Shown here: positions 63,075 through 64,000 of the stretch, piece by piece
Layout of the letters: every line of letters starts with the position of its first letter
How positions within the stretch are numbered: the first letter of the stretch is position 1
Source: Azolla caroliniana
Lineage: Eukaryota; Plantae; Polypodiophyta
Direction: 5' to 3'
Length of the DNA: 64,000 nt
Assembly: GCA_043228905.1 (NCBI GenBank)
Contig: JBHGNT010000013.1
Span: 20,646,001-20,710,000 of the forward strand
Notes under the pieces: model-generated
What the model saw: the letters and a program-made list of their open reading frames with translations, nothing else
Database searches by the model: none
Told to the model about the DNA's origin: nothing
Made by a program: the position numbers and the translations under genes

Positions 63075-64000
63075 ATGCAATCCAAAAAACCTTCAAGTGC
63101 AGAGTCTCCGACCCCCCGAGCTTCAATGGGGATCAGATCTAGGTATCATGGAAATGGATATATTTGTCTATGTTGCATTTGTTTTTCATTTTCTTCTTAA
63201 TGGTTTCAACTTTCAAGGTAAAGCAGTCCTTTTAGGAACTAGTTGTGTTTCAGTGTTGATGTGTCTATCTTCCTCTTTTTGTCATTAAATGCATGCTTTG
63301 CAGCACCTGCATGCAAAATATGCATTTTTTTTCTACTTCAAAGATATGCTTGGTTTTACCTCATGCGACAATCAGAAATATCCTTCTGATATACTTCATA
63401 CTGTCAAAATAGTCACTCAAATTTGCAACTATTTTCATTGTAGATGGCCTGATGGAAGTTCTACATATCAATAATATTTTCTTTTGGTTTTCCACCAATA
63501 ATAGATATTTTTTTGAGGGTCCCACATATTCATTTCGGTGTGTTTTGTTTTGAGTTTTTTCTTTTGTTATTATAGGGATTGGAACACAACACAAAGTATG
63601 GATGATCCCGATGGAATATTTGCAAGCGTTGCCCAGAGCATTGAGCAACTTCGCACCAAAGTGTCTACTCCGAGCGAGAAAGAGTTAGTCGCAAGGCAAC
63701 TACTTGAGCTCACAGAAGCCAGAAAGGAAGCAAGGACTGCCATAGGTACACACTCTCAGGCAATACCTCTACTAGTGGCGTTAGTAAGATCAGGCACCTT
63801 AACTGCAAAAATGAGTGCTGCTGCTATACTTGGATCATTATGCCAAGAGGAAGAATTGAGAATCAAAGTACTACTCGGAGGGTGTATTCCACCTCTTCTT
63901 GCCTTGTTAAGAACTGCGTCTCCAGATGCCCAACTTGCGGCTGCCCAAACTATCTATGCAGTTTCGCAAGGAGGAGTTACAGATCAAGTGGGATGTAAGA
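63075..64000 (+). CDS. CSI1: Cellulose synthase-interactive protein (ARM-repeat CSI1/POM2-like), 5' part. Exons 63075-63142 and 63576->64000
   Basis: [23 protein letters not shown]|[26 protein letters not shown]...[21 protein letters not shown]...[27 protein letters not shown]. It runs off the window end. Confidence 0.92.

Noticed and set aside
63443-63486. Possible additional small CSI1 exon
   Set aside because: The flanking exons already join in frame (AG|G = Arg) and match the family N-terminus without it.

Overview
Eukaryotic land-plant nuclear DNA. It has spliceosomal GT-AG introns, plant gene families and many microsatellites. A seed-free plant such as a fern is my inference, not something shown. 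Host genes reconstructed by hand: Rab GDP-dissociation inhibitor (+, 13 exons, 6748-11669), AMT2/MEP-type ammonium transporter (-, 3 exons, 15362-17486), KRTCAP2/KCP2-like OST subunit (-, 5 exons, 43870-46613), peroxisomal enoyl-CoA hydratase ending in SKL (-, 4 exons, 49172-51697) and the 5' part of CSI1/POM2 (+, from 63075). About 23-43 kb is a nested LTR-retrotransposon cluster: a Met-primed gag remnant, two related Athila-like Ty3/gypsy elements in opposite orientation, a Ty1/copia remnant and a hAT MITE. Elsewhere are a solo LTR, LINE remnants, a nearly complete hAT with related MITEs, and a Mutator deletion derivative. The most unusual observations are: (i) a 464-bp direct repeat flanking a one-LTR gypsy insertion; (ii) a long extra ORF downstream of pol in that element, with a candidate splice acceptor; (iii) a copia 3' LTR followed by a PBS; (iv) a repeat made of two inverted tRNA-like halves, found upstream of two genes. 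No clear new host system is demonstrable from sequence alone. All coordinates and alignments were read by eye.
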